From: Chlorobium sp.
Lineage (GTDB): Bacteria; Bacteroidota; Chlorobiia; Chlorobiales; Chlorobiaceae
Direction: 5' to 3'
Length of the DNA stretch: 24,000 nucleotides
Assembly (NCBI GenBank): GCA_028277225.1
Contig: JANQHB010000024.1
Location: 30,266 to 54,265 of the forward strand
Made by a program: the position numbers and the translations under genes. Positions 15,709-23,319 of this stretch are shown one piece after another. Every line of letters begins with the position of its first letter. Position 1 is the first letter of the stretch. The notes under the pieces are model-generated. The model had not been told where the DNA came from. It made no database searches and saw nothing but the letters and a program-made list of their open reading frames with translations.

Positions 15709-16833
15709 TTGCGAATAGCTTTTGTCAGTCCTTTTTTCCCCCTGAAAGGAGGCATATCCCGTTTCAGCACGATCCTTCGTGACAAGCTGCTTGAAAAAGG
15801 GCATGCAATCGATGCCTTTTCTTTCAGTCGGCTCTATCCCCGGATAATGATGCGCGACAAATCGCCGTATGAACCGGGAATGCGTTCCTGTGACGGGATT
15901 GCAGCGGTTCTGGACGTGCTGAATCCTGCTACCTGGATTTCGGTTGCGCGGCAGATAAAGCGTCTCGGGTCAGATGTGATACTTTGCCCTTTATGGCAGG
16001 GACTTTATGTGCCGCTTTTTGTTCTGGTCAGAGTGTTATCCGGAAGAAAAATGATTGTGCTTATGCACAATTTCTCTTCGCATGAAAGGTTTGCCGGAGA
16101 AAAGCTGCTTCGCGATCTTCTGATTGCCTCGTCTGACGGTGTTGTCACGCTTTCGGACCATGTTGCCGGACAAGTCAGGCAATCGTATCCGGACATTCCC
16201 CTTCGATCCCTCTTTCATCCTGTATACGAAAACCGGGCCGATGTGCCCTCAAAGGCTGAAGCAAGGAGAATTCTCGATTTCGGGGACGATGGGCGGATTC
16301 TCTTGTTTTTCGGTTATGTGAGAGCCTATAAAGGCCTTGATATTCTGGTGGAAGCAATGCCGGAAATCCTTCGCCGCCATCCCGGAACGAGGCTCCTTGT
16401 GGCAGGCGAGTTTTACCATGGAGAAAAAACGATACGGGAGCGGATCGAGAAGCTCGGGATCAGTGATCATGTGACGATAGAATCGGGTTTTGTTCCGAAC
16501 GATCGCATACCGCTGTTGTTTTCGGCATCCGATGCCCTGGTCCTTCCTTACAGGGAGGCTTCGCAATCGGGTGTGGTGCAGCAGGCTTACGGTTTCGGCA
16601 GACCCGTTATCGTTACAGACCGGGGGGGATTGCCGGAGTATGTTTGTGATGGTGAAACCGGGGCAATTGTCAGAAGTCTCGAACCTTCGGAATTTGCACA
16701 GGGAGTCTGTGACTTTCTTGATTCAATGAAGACTATCCCCTGCGAGACGAAGGTTGCCCTGCAGGCTGAAAGACTTTCATGGGAAGTCTTTGCCGGAAAG
16801 CTCGAGTCATTCATGCGGGAGGTGGCCCGTTGA
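15709..16833 (+). CDS. Glycosyltransferase family 4 (GT-B, group 1)
   Basis: The typical N-terminus is (M)RIAFVSPFFPLKGGISRF if the in-frame TTG at 15709 is used; the track ORF starts at ATG 15634. The C-terminal GT1 domain contains LLFFGYVRAYKGLD and YREASQSGVVQQAYGFGRPVIVTDRGGLPEYV. Confidence 0.85.
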   Translation: MRIAFVSPFFPLKGGISRFSTILRDKLLEKGHAIDAFSFSRLYPRIMMRDKSPYEPGMRSCDGIAAVLDVLNPATWISVARQIKRLGSDVILCPLWQGLYVPLFVLVRVLSGRKMIVLMHNFSSHERFAGEKLLRDLLIASSDGVVTLSDHVAGQVRQSYPDIPLRSLFHPVYENRADVPSKAEARRILDFGDDGRILLFFGYVRAYKGLDILVEAMPEILRRHPGTRLLVAGEFYHGEKTIRERIEKLGISDHVTIESGFVPNDRIPLLFSASDALVLPYREASQSGVVQQAYGFGRPVIVTDRGGLPEYVCDGETGAIVRSLEPSEFAQGVCDFLDSMKTIPCETKVALQAERLSWEVFAGKLESFMREVAR

Positions 16834-17696
16834 TCGGAGCAGGTAAAAGCGTGATCGTGATCGTGGTCAACTGGAACAATGCTGAAGATACGATCCGGTG
16901 CCTTGAATCGCTCAGTTGTGTTGTCTGTTCGGGGATGCGGATTCTGGTTGTCGATAATGGCTCGACCGACCGTTCGGTCGAGTTGATCAGACAAGGTTTT
17001 CCAGGTATCGAAGTGCTGAAAATGCACAGCAACAGGGGTTACGGAGGGGGGTGTAACGCCGGTTTTGCACATGTGTTCGAAGAGAGGCCGGATTATGTCG
17101 TTTTCCTCAATAACGATACTCTTGTCAACAGGGATTTTCTGGAACCGCTCATCGCCCCTCTTGCTTCTTCTGGCGATGTTGCGGTTACTGTCCCGCGAAT
17201 CTGTTACATGGCGCATCCGGAAATGATCTGGTATGCTGGAGGGGTGGTGAACCTGATTACCGGTAATGTTGCCCACAGGGGGATCCGCAGAAAGGATAGT
17301 GCCATGTACGCCACTGAGCATGAAACAGACTATGCTACGGGATGCTGTATGGCAATGCGCGCAGCCGACTTCAAACAGGCTGAAGGATTCGATCCGGCTT
17401 TTATGATGTATGGAGAGGATGTCGATCTTTCGCTCAGGATCCGGAAAAGCGGAAAACGAATTCTCTATGTTCCGCAGTCGAGAATATGGCACAAGGTAAG
17501 CGCTTCGGAAGGAGGAGAGATGGGGGCGAGGAAGTTGTGGAGAAAAAACCTTTCGATGCTGAAGCTGTTCATGAAGCATCGTGCATGGTTCGGCATGGTG
17601 TCATATCTGGTGCTTCTACCCTTCAGGCTGGTCCGGGGAGTTATAGAGGTGAAGTCTTTCAGGTGTATCCGGTCTGATACAGTGCACCTGAATTGA
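16830..17696 (+). CDS. Glycosyltransferase family 2
   Basis: VIVIVVNWNNAEDTIRCLESL, VVDNGSTDRS, NRGYGGGCNAG, FLNNDT and the later MYGEDVDLSLR are GT2/rhamnosyltransferase-like. The start is uncertain: a TTG at 16830 overlapping the upstream stop (TTGA), a GTG at 16851, or an ATG at 16779. Confidence 0.85.
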   Translation: MIGAGKSVIVIVVNWNNAEDTIRCLESLSCVVCSGMRILVVDNGSTDRSVELIRQGFPGIEVLKMHSNRGYGGGCNAGFAHVFEERPDYVVFLNNDTLVNRDFLEPLIAPLASSGDVAVTVPRICYMAHPEMIWYAGGVVNLITGNVAHRGIRRKDSAMYATEHETDYATGCCMAMRAADFKQAEGFDPAFMMYGEDVDLSLRIRKSGKRILYVPQSRIWHKVSASEGGEMGARKLWRKNLSMLKLFMKHRAWFGMVSYLVLLPFRLVRGVIEVKSFRCIRSDTVHLN

Positions 17697-17745
17697 GCGA
17701 TTGTCGAGCATGCCGGAGATGCGAGGCACAGGGAGTGCCGCTGTA

Positions 17746-17761
17746 TCCCGACACGTCGGGA
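17746..17761. repeat. Palindrome TCCCGAC-AC-GTCGGGA (copy 1 of 3)
   Basis: Perfect 7-bp arms with a 2-nt spacer, read directly from the sequence. Confidence 0.9.
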
Positions 17762-17831
17762 CGCAAGTTCCCTGTAACGAAGCAGATCCGGCCCTGTGAA
17801 ATAGAATACCTGATTTCACGGGGTCGGCATT

Positions 17832-17847
17832 TCCCGACGTGTCGGGA
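17832..17847. repeat. Palindrome TCCCGAC-GT-GTCGGGA (copy 2 of 3)
   Basis: Perfect 7-bp arms with a 2-nt spacer. The left flank GGCATT resembles that of copy 3 (GGCA). Confidence 0.9.
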
Positions 17848-17886
17848 TTTTAAAAAATGCGACTCTTTATCAGTTTTTACGTTCAC

Positions 17887-17914
17887 TTGACAGGTGAGGG
17901 ATAAACTCTATACA
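17887..17914 (+). promoter_or_regulatory. Candidate sigma70-type promoter for the wzx-like/YfhO-like/GT operon
   Basis: TTGACA (17887-17892), a 16-nt spacer, then TATACA (17909-17914), about 80 nt upstream of the ATG at 17995. This is sequence resemblance only, and promoter rules in this lineage are not certain. Confidence 0.3.
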
Positions 17915-17960
17915 AACACAGTATAACAGATTTTTTTAATGAACTTACTGTTATGGGGCA

Positions 17961-17976
17961 TCCCGACTCGTCGGGA
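17961..17976. repeat. Palindrome TCCCGAC-TC-GTCGGGA (copy 3 of 3)
   Basis: Perfect 7-bp arms with a 2-nt spacer. It lies between the candidate promoter and the wzx-like start codon. Confidence 0.9.
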
Positions 17977-17994
17977 CACTCAATTTAGGGTGCA

Positions 17995-19500
17995 ATGAAA
18001 AGCCAGATCGTCATAGCACGGCAGGCAGGATTGTCGTTTGGAGGACTGCTTGCCGGCCAGGGTCTCAGGTTACTGATCAACCTTGCGATTGCGGCTCTTT
18101 TCGGTGCAAGGTATCTCGGCACCTATGCGCTTGCCCTGGCAGTTATTCAGATCGTTGAAGTATCCGCGACATGCGGACTCGACATCGGGATTCTCCGATA
18201 TATCAATGTGAATGGCAATTCTGCCGATAAACAGCGGGATTATATCGGTTCGGCACTTAAAACCTCGCTTTTGTATGCGTTACCGGTCACGCTGCTGCTT
18301 GTTGTCATGTCGGGACCGCTCTCGGCGCTCTTCAACGGCGGCAGTCTTCTCCGTCTCGCTCTTGTCTGCTATGCATTGTCAGTGCCGTTCAATGTGCTTA
18401 CGACTGTTGCAGGCCATTCCATCCAGGCCTACAAGAATCTTCGGCCAAAAATTCTGGCCATGCAAGTCATCCTGCCGGCAACGGCTCTGCTTCTTCTTTT
18501 GTTTTTCGATGGTGTGGCAGGTCATACGGTTGCGCTTCTCGCAGCACCTCCTCTTGCAGCAACGGTAACGTTCGGCTGGATCTGGAGACAGCTTCGCACC
18601 CTGACTGGAACGACCCTGGGGGATGTGGTGCATGCAGGTTCCCGCAGGGATATGCTGGACTATTCCCGCCCGATGATGTTTGTTGCGTTTCTGGGTATCG
18701 TGAGCCACTGGATGGATATTCTTATGCTCGGTATGTACTCCGATGCCGATACGGTAGGCCTCTATCAGCCGGCTGTAAGGACAGCAGGGCTCATGCGTTC
18801 GGTCCTTGTCGCGTTTACCGGGATAGCCGCACCGTTTTTTGCCGAAATGCACGGACTTGGTCAAAGAGAAAAGCTGGAGCGTACCTTTAAACTGCTCACC
18901 CGCTGGGTGATAATGGTTTCGTTGCCTTTTGCCGTCTATCTCATGGTGATGCCCGAAACATTCCTTGCCCTTTTCGGAGACGTGTTCATCGCAGCCGGGC
19001 CGGTTCTTGCCGTTCTTGCCATGGCTCTTTTTGTCCAGTCGGTTTTTGGGCTGCACGATGTGCTGCTGCAGATGACCGGTTTTTCAAAAGTCTGTTTCAT
19101 CAATGGGATTCTCGGCGTCATCCTGCATGTTATTCTCAACATTTATTTTATTTCGCATCTTGGCATGATCGGTGCCGCATGGGCGCTCTTGACGCTGTAT
19201 GTGTTGCTTGGAGCGGTAAGGAGTGTCCAGGTAGGTGTCCTTCTTCGTTTTCAAGCGTTCAGCCTTGTCGTTTTCAAGCCGGTCGCGGCAGCTCTTGTAA
19301 CTGCTGCCGTACTTGTATTCGCCAAACCTTTTCTCGATTCCCTGCACGTTCCTGTTTCGATTGCAGGCGGAAGTATCCTGATTGTCTTCGTTTACCTTTT
19401 ATGTATAAAGGTATTACAGTTGGAACAGGAGGAACTGGACGTTATTTTGGAAATGTTCAACCGTTCAGGAAATGACAGACACTCGAAACAGGCGCATTAA
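17995..19500 (+). CDS. Polysaccharide biosynthesis protein / Wzx-like flippase (MOP superfamily)
   Basis: A 501-aa protein with about 12-14 predicted TM helices along its length and the typical Wzx/RfbX hydrophobic layout. It sits within a glycosyltransferase cluster. Confidence 0.72.
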   Translation: MKSQIVIARQAGLSFGGLLAGQGLRLLINLAIAALFGARYLGTYALALAVIQIVEVSATCGLDIGILRYINVNGNSADKQRDYIGSALKTSLLYALPVTLLLVVMSGPLSALFNGGSLLRLALVCYALSVPFNVLTTVAGHSIQAYKNLRPKILAMQVILPATALLLLLFFDGVAGHTVALLAAPPLAATVTFGWIWRQLRTLTGTTLGDVVHAGSRRDMLDYSRPMMFVAFLGIVSHWMDILMLGMYSDADTVGLYQPAVRTAGLMRSVLVAFTGIAAPFFAEMHGLGQREKLERTFKLLTRWVIMVSLPFAVYLMVMPETFLALFGDVFIAAGPVLAVLAMALFVQSVFGLHDVLLQMTGFSKVCFINGILGVILHVILNIYFISHLGMIGAAWALLTLYVLLGAVRSVQVGVLLRFQAFSLVVFKPVAAALVTAAVLVFAKPFLDSLHVPVSIAGGSILIVFVYLLCIKVLQLEQEELDVILEMFNRSGNDRHSKQAH

Positions 19501-19518
19501 AGGCACTCTGTTGAGCAG

Positions 19519-21882
19519 ATGAAAAAAACGATGCTCCCATATATACTGTCCCTTTTTGGGTACCTTTTCCTGACAGCGATCATTTTTTTTCCGGTTCTTT
19601 TTCAGGGACTGGCTCCCGCGACCCCTGACAGTGTGAGTCCCATGGCGACATCGATAGCGCTCGATCTTCTTAAAGAGGAGATCGGCCGGTATCCGTTGTG
19701 GCAGCCGTGGTCGTTTTCAGGTATGCCGACAGTCGAAGCGTTTACCTATCTCAACGGTCTTTACTATCCCGGTGTGCTGCTCGGCCTGTTCGGAATAGAC
19801 GGCCTGCTTCTGCAGCTTCTGCATTTTGTCTTTGCCGGTCTGGGTGGTTTTGTCCTTCTCCGCCATGTAAGACTTCGCGACACAGCTGCATTTCTGGGCG
19901 GGGCCGCATTCCTGATGACGCCGTACATGATCACCATGTTTGTCTATGGCCATGGAAGCCAGCTGATGACAGCGGCTTACATGCCCTGGATACTATGGGC
20001 GGCACTTCGTCTGCTTGGAAACATGCGGCCGGCAGATATGGGAATACTGGCTCTTCTGCTCGGATTTCAATTACAGCGGGGTCATGTCCAGATAGTTTAC
20101 TATACATGGCTTCTCCTGATCCTTCTTGTTCTGATGACGATTGTCTGGGGTGAACCCGTTCTGCGCTATGTCAGAAAGTATACGATGCTGTTTGCCGCCC
20201 TCGGTATTGCGCTTATTCTGTCGGCGGTTGTCTATCTTCCCGTCTTCGAGTATGCTCCGTTTTCAGTCAGAGGTGCCGGATCGGGGGGAGGGGCTTCATA
20301 CGGGTATGCCACAATGTGGTCGATGCATCCCCGTGAATTCATCACCTACCTGCTTCCGGGAGCTGTTGGTTTCGGGGGAATAACCTACTGGGGCGAGATG
20401 CCGTTTACCGATTATCCGAACTATGCAGGGCTTGTCGTTCTCTTGCTTGCCATGGCAGGCTTTATTCTGGAAAGGCATCAGGCATTTGTCCGTTTTCTGG
20501 GTGTGAGCCTCGTCCTGATGGTGCTGCTTTCTTTCGGGAAGTATTTCAGTCCGGTCTACGATCTGTTCTACCATACCGTTCCGTTTTTCAATCGTTTCAG
20601 GGTTCCGTCAATGGCACTGATCGTTGCATCTTTCGATCTTGCACTTCTGGCTGGATTCGGTCTGAATGCCGTTACGAAAGCTTTGTCAGGAAAATGGATG
20701 TATTATCTCAACATTGCGATGCTTGTCATTGCTGCGAGTGCGTTGGTTTTTCTGATCGGTCAGGGACTTGTCGGTGGATTTGTGCAATCGCTTTTTCCTG
20801 CTCCCAGGGTCGAAAATGTTGAGCTGGCCGGATTGATAGATACGGTCCGATGGAATCTGTGGAAAAGCAGTTTTTTCTGGATGGCAGGCATCGGAGGTTT
20901 GTTCGCCGCACTTTTGTGGCTGCGTTCCAAAGCGCTTCTAGGCATGGCGCTCACCAATGCTCTTCTGGTGATTCTGGCTCTGGCGGATATCTACATCGTC
21001 GACCGTCAGATTGTTTCTCCGGCGCCCGATACTCTCAGGCCATCGCGGCTGATGGAGCACCACACGCTCGATATGGCTTTTGAGGAAGATGATATAACCG
21101 GTTATCTCAGCGCCGACACTACTTCCGCATACAGAGTCTATCCTGCCGGGAATCTTTTTTCGGAAAACAAGTTTTCGGTTTTCGGTATCGAATCGGTTGG
21201 CGGGTATCATCCGGCCAAACTCAGGCTTTACGATGAAGTGCTCAGGGCAACGAACAATCTTGCCAGTATCAAGTTCCTTCGTCTTCTCAATGTCCGGTAT
21301 GTTCTCAGCACTCTGCCGATAGAAGATCCGCAGCTCGATCTTGTTCATCAAGGCGAGCTTCGTCTGGCAGGCGGCCCGTCGAGTGCGGTGCTCTATCGTC
21401 TTGCAGGTACGCTGCCGCGGGCATGGTTTGTCCGTGAGGGTATAGCTGCAGATCCGGGCATGAACGTTGTCGAATCGGTGCTTGGCGGCAGATATGATGC
21501 GGGCCAGCAGGCTCTTGTAGAAAAAGCTCCGTGGCGCGGCAAGAGAACGTTTGGCAAAGCGGAAATTCTTTCGCTCTCTGTCGGCCCTGAAAGGATCGAG
21601 GTTTCGGTTAATGCCGAAGAGGAGGCTTTTCTTGTTTTGAGCGAAGTTTTCTATCCGCTCCGATGGAAGGTGAGTGTGGATGAACAGGAAGAGAGCATGT
21701 ACCGGACAAACGGCCTTTTGAGAGGCGTTCTGGTGCCGGAAGGAAAGCATGATATCGTTTTTTCTTTTGACAGGGGGGCATTTGAAAACGGCAAGAAGCT
21801 TTCTTTTGCCGGACTGGCGATGGCGCTGGTGCTTGTCGGTACGGGACTTTCTGCATTGCAGCCCGGCCGCAATCCTCTCTGA
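19519..21882 (+). CDS. Large polytopic membrane protein, YfhO-like (GT-C fold glycosyltransferase-like)
   Basis: 787 aa. The N-terminal roughly 500 aa are multi-TM. A soluble beta-rich domain follows (VFYPLRWKVSVDEQEESMYRTNGLLRGVLVPEGKHDIVFSF), then a final C-terminal TM helix. I remember this architecture for the YfhO family. Confidence 0.5.
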   Translation: MKKTMLPYILSLFGYLFLTAIIFFPVLFQGLAPATPDSVSPMATSIALDLLKEEIGRYPLWQPWSFSGMPTVEAFTYLNGLYYPGVLLGLFGIDGLLLQLLHFVFAGLGGFVLLRHVRLRDTAAFLGGAAFLMTPYMITMFVYGHGSQLMTAAYMPWILWAALRLLGNMRPADMGILALLLGFQLQRGHVQIVYYTWLLLILLVLMTIVWGEPVLRYVRKYTMLFAALGIALILSAVVYLPVFEYAPFSVRGAGSGGGASYGYATMWSMHPREFITYLLPGAVGFGGITYWGEMPFTDYPNYAGLVVLLLAMAGFILERHQAFVRFLGVSLVLMVLLSFGKYFSPVYDLFYHTVPFFNRFRVPSMALIVASFDLALLAGFGLNAVTKALSGKWMYYLNIAMLVIAASALVFLIGQGLVGGFVQSLFPAPRVENVELAGLIDTVRWNLWKSSFFWMAGIGGLFAALLWLRSKALLGMALTNALLVILALADIYIVDRQIVSPAPDTLRPSRLMEHHTLDMAFEEDDITGYLSADTTSAYRVYPAGNLFSENKFSVFGIESVGGYHPAKLRLYDEVLRATNNLASIKFLRLLNVRYVLSTLPIEDPQLDLVHQGELRLAGGPSSAVLYRLAGTLPRAWFVREGIAADPGMNVVESVLGGRYDAGQQALVEKAPWRGKRTFGKAEILSLSVGPERIEVSVNAEEEAFLVLSEVFYPLRWKVSVDEQEESMYRTNGLLRGVLVPEGKHDIVFSFDRGAFENGKKLSFAGLAMALVLVGTGLSALQPGRNPL

Positions 21883-21908
21883 ACCGGGTTATAACAGCGT
21901 TGACAGAC

Positions 21909-23141
21909 ATGAAAAAAATACTGTTTCTCAGCATGAATTTTCCTCCCATGATGACCGAAGGGTCTTCAAGGGTACTGAAGCTGGCTTCCTTTCTTCCTGC
22001 CCATGGCTGGGATCCGGTCGTCATTGGAAATCATTTCCTTCAGGGAGAGAGGATCGATGATTTTCCTTTCGATATTCTCTATGCTGGAATCGGGCAGGAG
22101 AGAGAGGAACTGGAAAAGGAGCATCTTTTCAGATTCCTGCACGGTCTTGCAGAAAAAAAGCCTGCTTTCGGGGCAAAAAAATCCGGCGGCGTTCAGATCC
22201 CTCAAGGCAGGGAAGGTGAAGCGTTATGGCTTTCAAATGCGAAATCTCTTGCAGGAGAGCTTTTGAAGGAAAATCCCGACATTGAAATGATCTATGCGCA
22301 ATCCCCCCCATTTGCCCCGCAGCAGCTTGCCCTGGAGCTTTCTCTGGCGTATAATCTCCCGGTGATGTTCGACTGCACAGGTTTTTTCCCCGATCAGAAA
22401 CAGGAAATGAGCGTTTTTCTGTCCGGGCAATATGTCACTGTGCCCTCAAGGGCTGTAAAAGAGCATTATCTGCGAAAGTACCAGGGCAAGATCGGCCATG
22501 ACGATGTTTCGATTCTTCCAAACGGGTATGATTCAGGAACGTGCAGGATAATGGGAGCCGGTACGGGAGAAGATTCCTCGATGTTGTGCGTGTTCCATAT
22601 TGAAGGCGCTCAGGGAAAAGGGATCAAAAACTTTTATTTTGCATTGAAAGCGTTTCTGGATTCACAGGAGGCGGCCAGAGAGCGTTTTTCCTGTGCTTTC
22701 ATAGGTCCGGGAGCAATTGATGTTGACCGGCATCTCAAAAAGTACGGTATCGAGGGCCTGAAACGTCTCTCTTCCCCCTGTTCCAGGGCTGAAGAGCTCG
22801 ACCTCTGTTTGCGGTCGGATATGTACTGTCTTGTGCTCGGGAAAGAAGAGTGGTATGAATATCTGGTTCCCGAGCGTCTTTATGACTGTATGGCCATGCA
22901 GAGAGCTGTTGCGGGTATTGTTCCTGAATGTCAGGCAAAACAGGTGCTCGAAGAGGCGGGGTGCAGGACAGTCTTGACGGATCATACACCGCGCATGATC
23001 GATTTTCTTATGGATTCATTCGATCTCTGGCGTACAGGTCAGCTTCTTGCCGTTGCCCCTGAACGCCTTGAACAGTATGATTTTCGACAGGTAACCCAGG
23101 TATTTCTCCGGGAGATTGTCGCCAGGTTTCCATCGGCTTGA
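21909..23141 (+). CDS. GT-B fold glycosyltransferase-like protein (group-1-like)
   Basis: The N-terminus MKKILFLSMNFPPMMTEGSSRVLKLASFLPAHGWDPVVIG is typical of the GT4 N-terminal domain. The C-terminal region has an E-x7-E element (EWYEYLVPE). I prefer the ATG at 21909 to the TTG at 21900. Confidence 0.55.
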   Translation: MKKILFLSMNFPPMMTEGSSRVLKLASFLPAHGWDPVVIGNHFLQGERIDDFPFDILYAGIGQEREELEKEHLFRFLHGLAEKKPAFGAKKSGGVQIPQGREGEALWLSNAKSLAGELLKENPDIEMIYAQSPPFAPQQLALELSLAYNLPVMFDCTGFFPDQKQEMSVFLSGQYVTVPSRAVKEHYLRKYQGKIGHDDVSILPNGYDSGTCRIMGAGTGEDSSMLCVFHIEGAQGKGIKNFYFALKAFLDSQEAARERFSCAFIGPGAIDVDRHLKKYGIEGLKRLSSPCSRAEELDLCLRSDMYCLVLGKEEWYEYLVPERLYDCMAMQRAVAGIVPECQAKQVLEEAGCRTVLTDHTPRMIDFLMDSFDLWRTGQLLAVAPERLEQYDFRQVTQVFLREIVARFPSA

Positions 23142-23172
23142 TCGGCCGGATTGACCGAACATTTTTTCTGAA

Positions 23173-23204
23173 AAAAGCCACATTTTTAGTGGCTTTTACT
23201 TTTG
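23173..23204 (+). terminator. Intrinsic terminator after the polysaccharide cluster
   Basis: AAAAGCCAC (23173-23181) pairs with GTGGCTTTT (23189-23197). The loop is ATTTTTA and ACTTTTG follows. Confidence 0.65.
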
Positions 23205-23319
23205 TCCTGACTTCTGCCACTTTTTGCTGATTTCCGGTTCAGCAAAGATAACTCTTTGTAATTTATTTAGTTAACTTTTTTTCATTCCTCGGTTTCCGCA
23301 CTAATGATATCTTTTCTCC

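Noticed and set aside
16587-17579. A 330-aa ORF on the - strand
   Set aside because: It is antisense to the 3' end of the GT4 gene and most of the GT2 gene, both of which carry family motifs. The translation is Ser/Arg/His/Pro-rich and non-globular, so I treat it as a shadow ORF.
18379-19056. A 225-aa ORF on the - strand, plus the similar 270-aa ORF at 20938..21750 and the 138-aa ORF at 21608..22024
   Set aside because: All three lie antisense to long hydrophobic membrane-protein genes (wzx-like and YfhO-like). Their translations are highly basic (Arg/Lys/His/Cys-rich), as expected when Leu/Phe/Ala-rich codons are read backwards.
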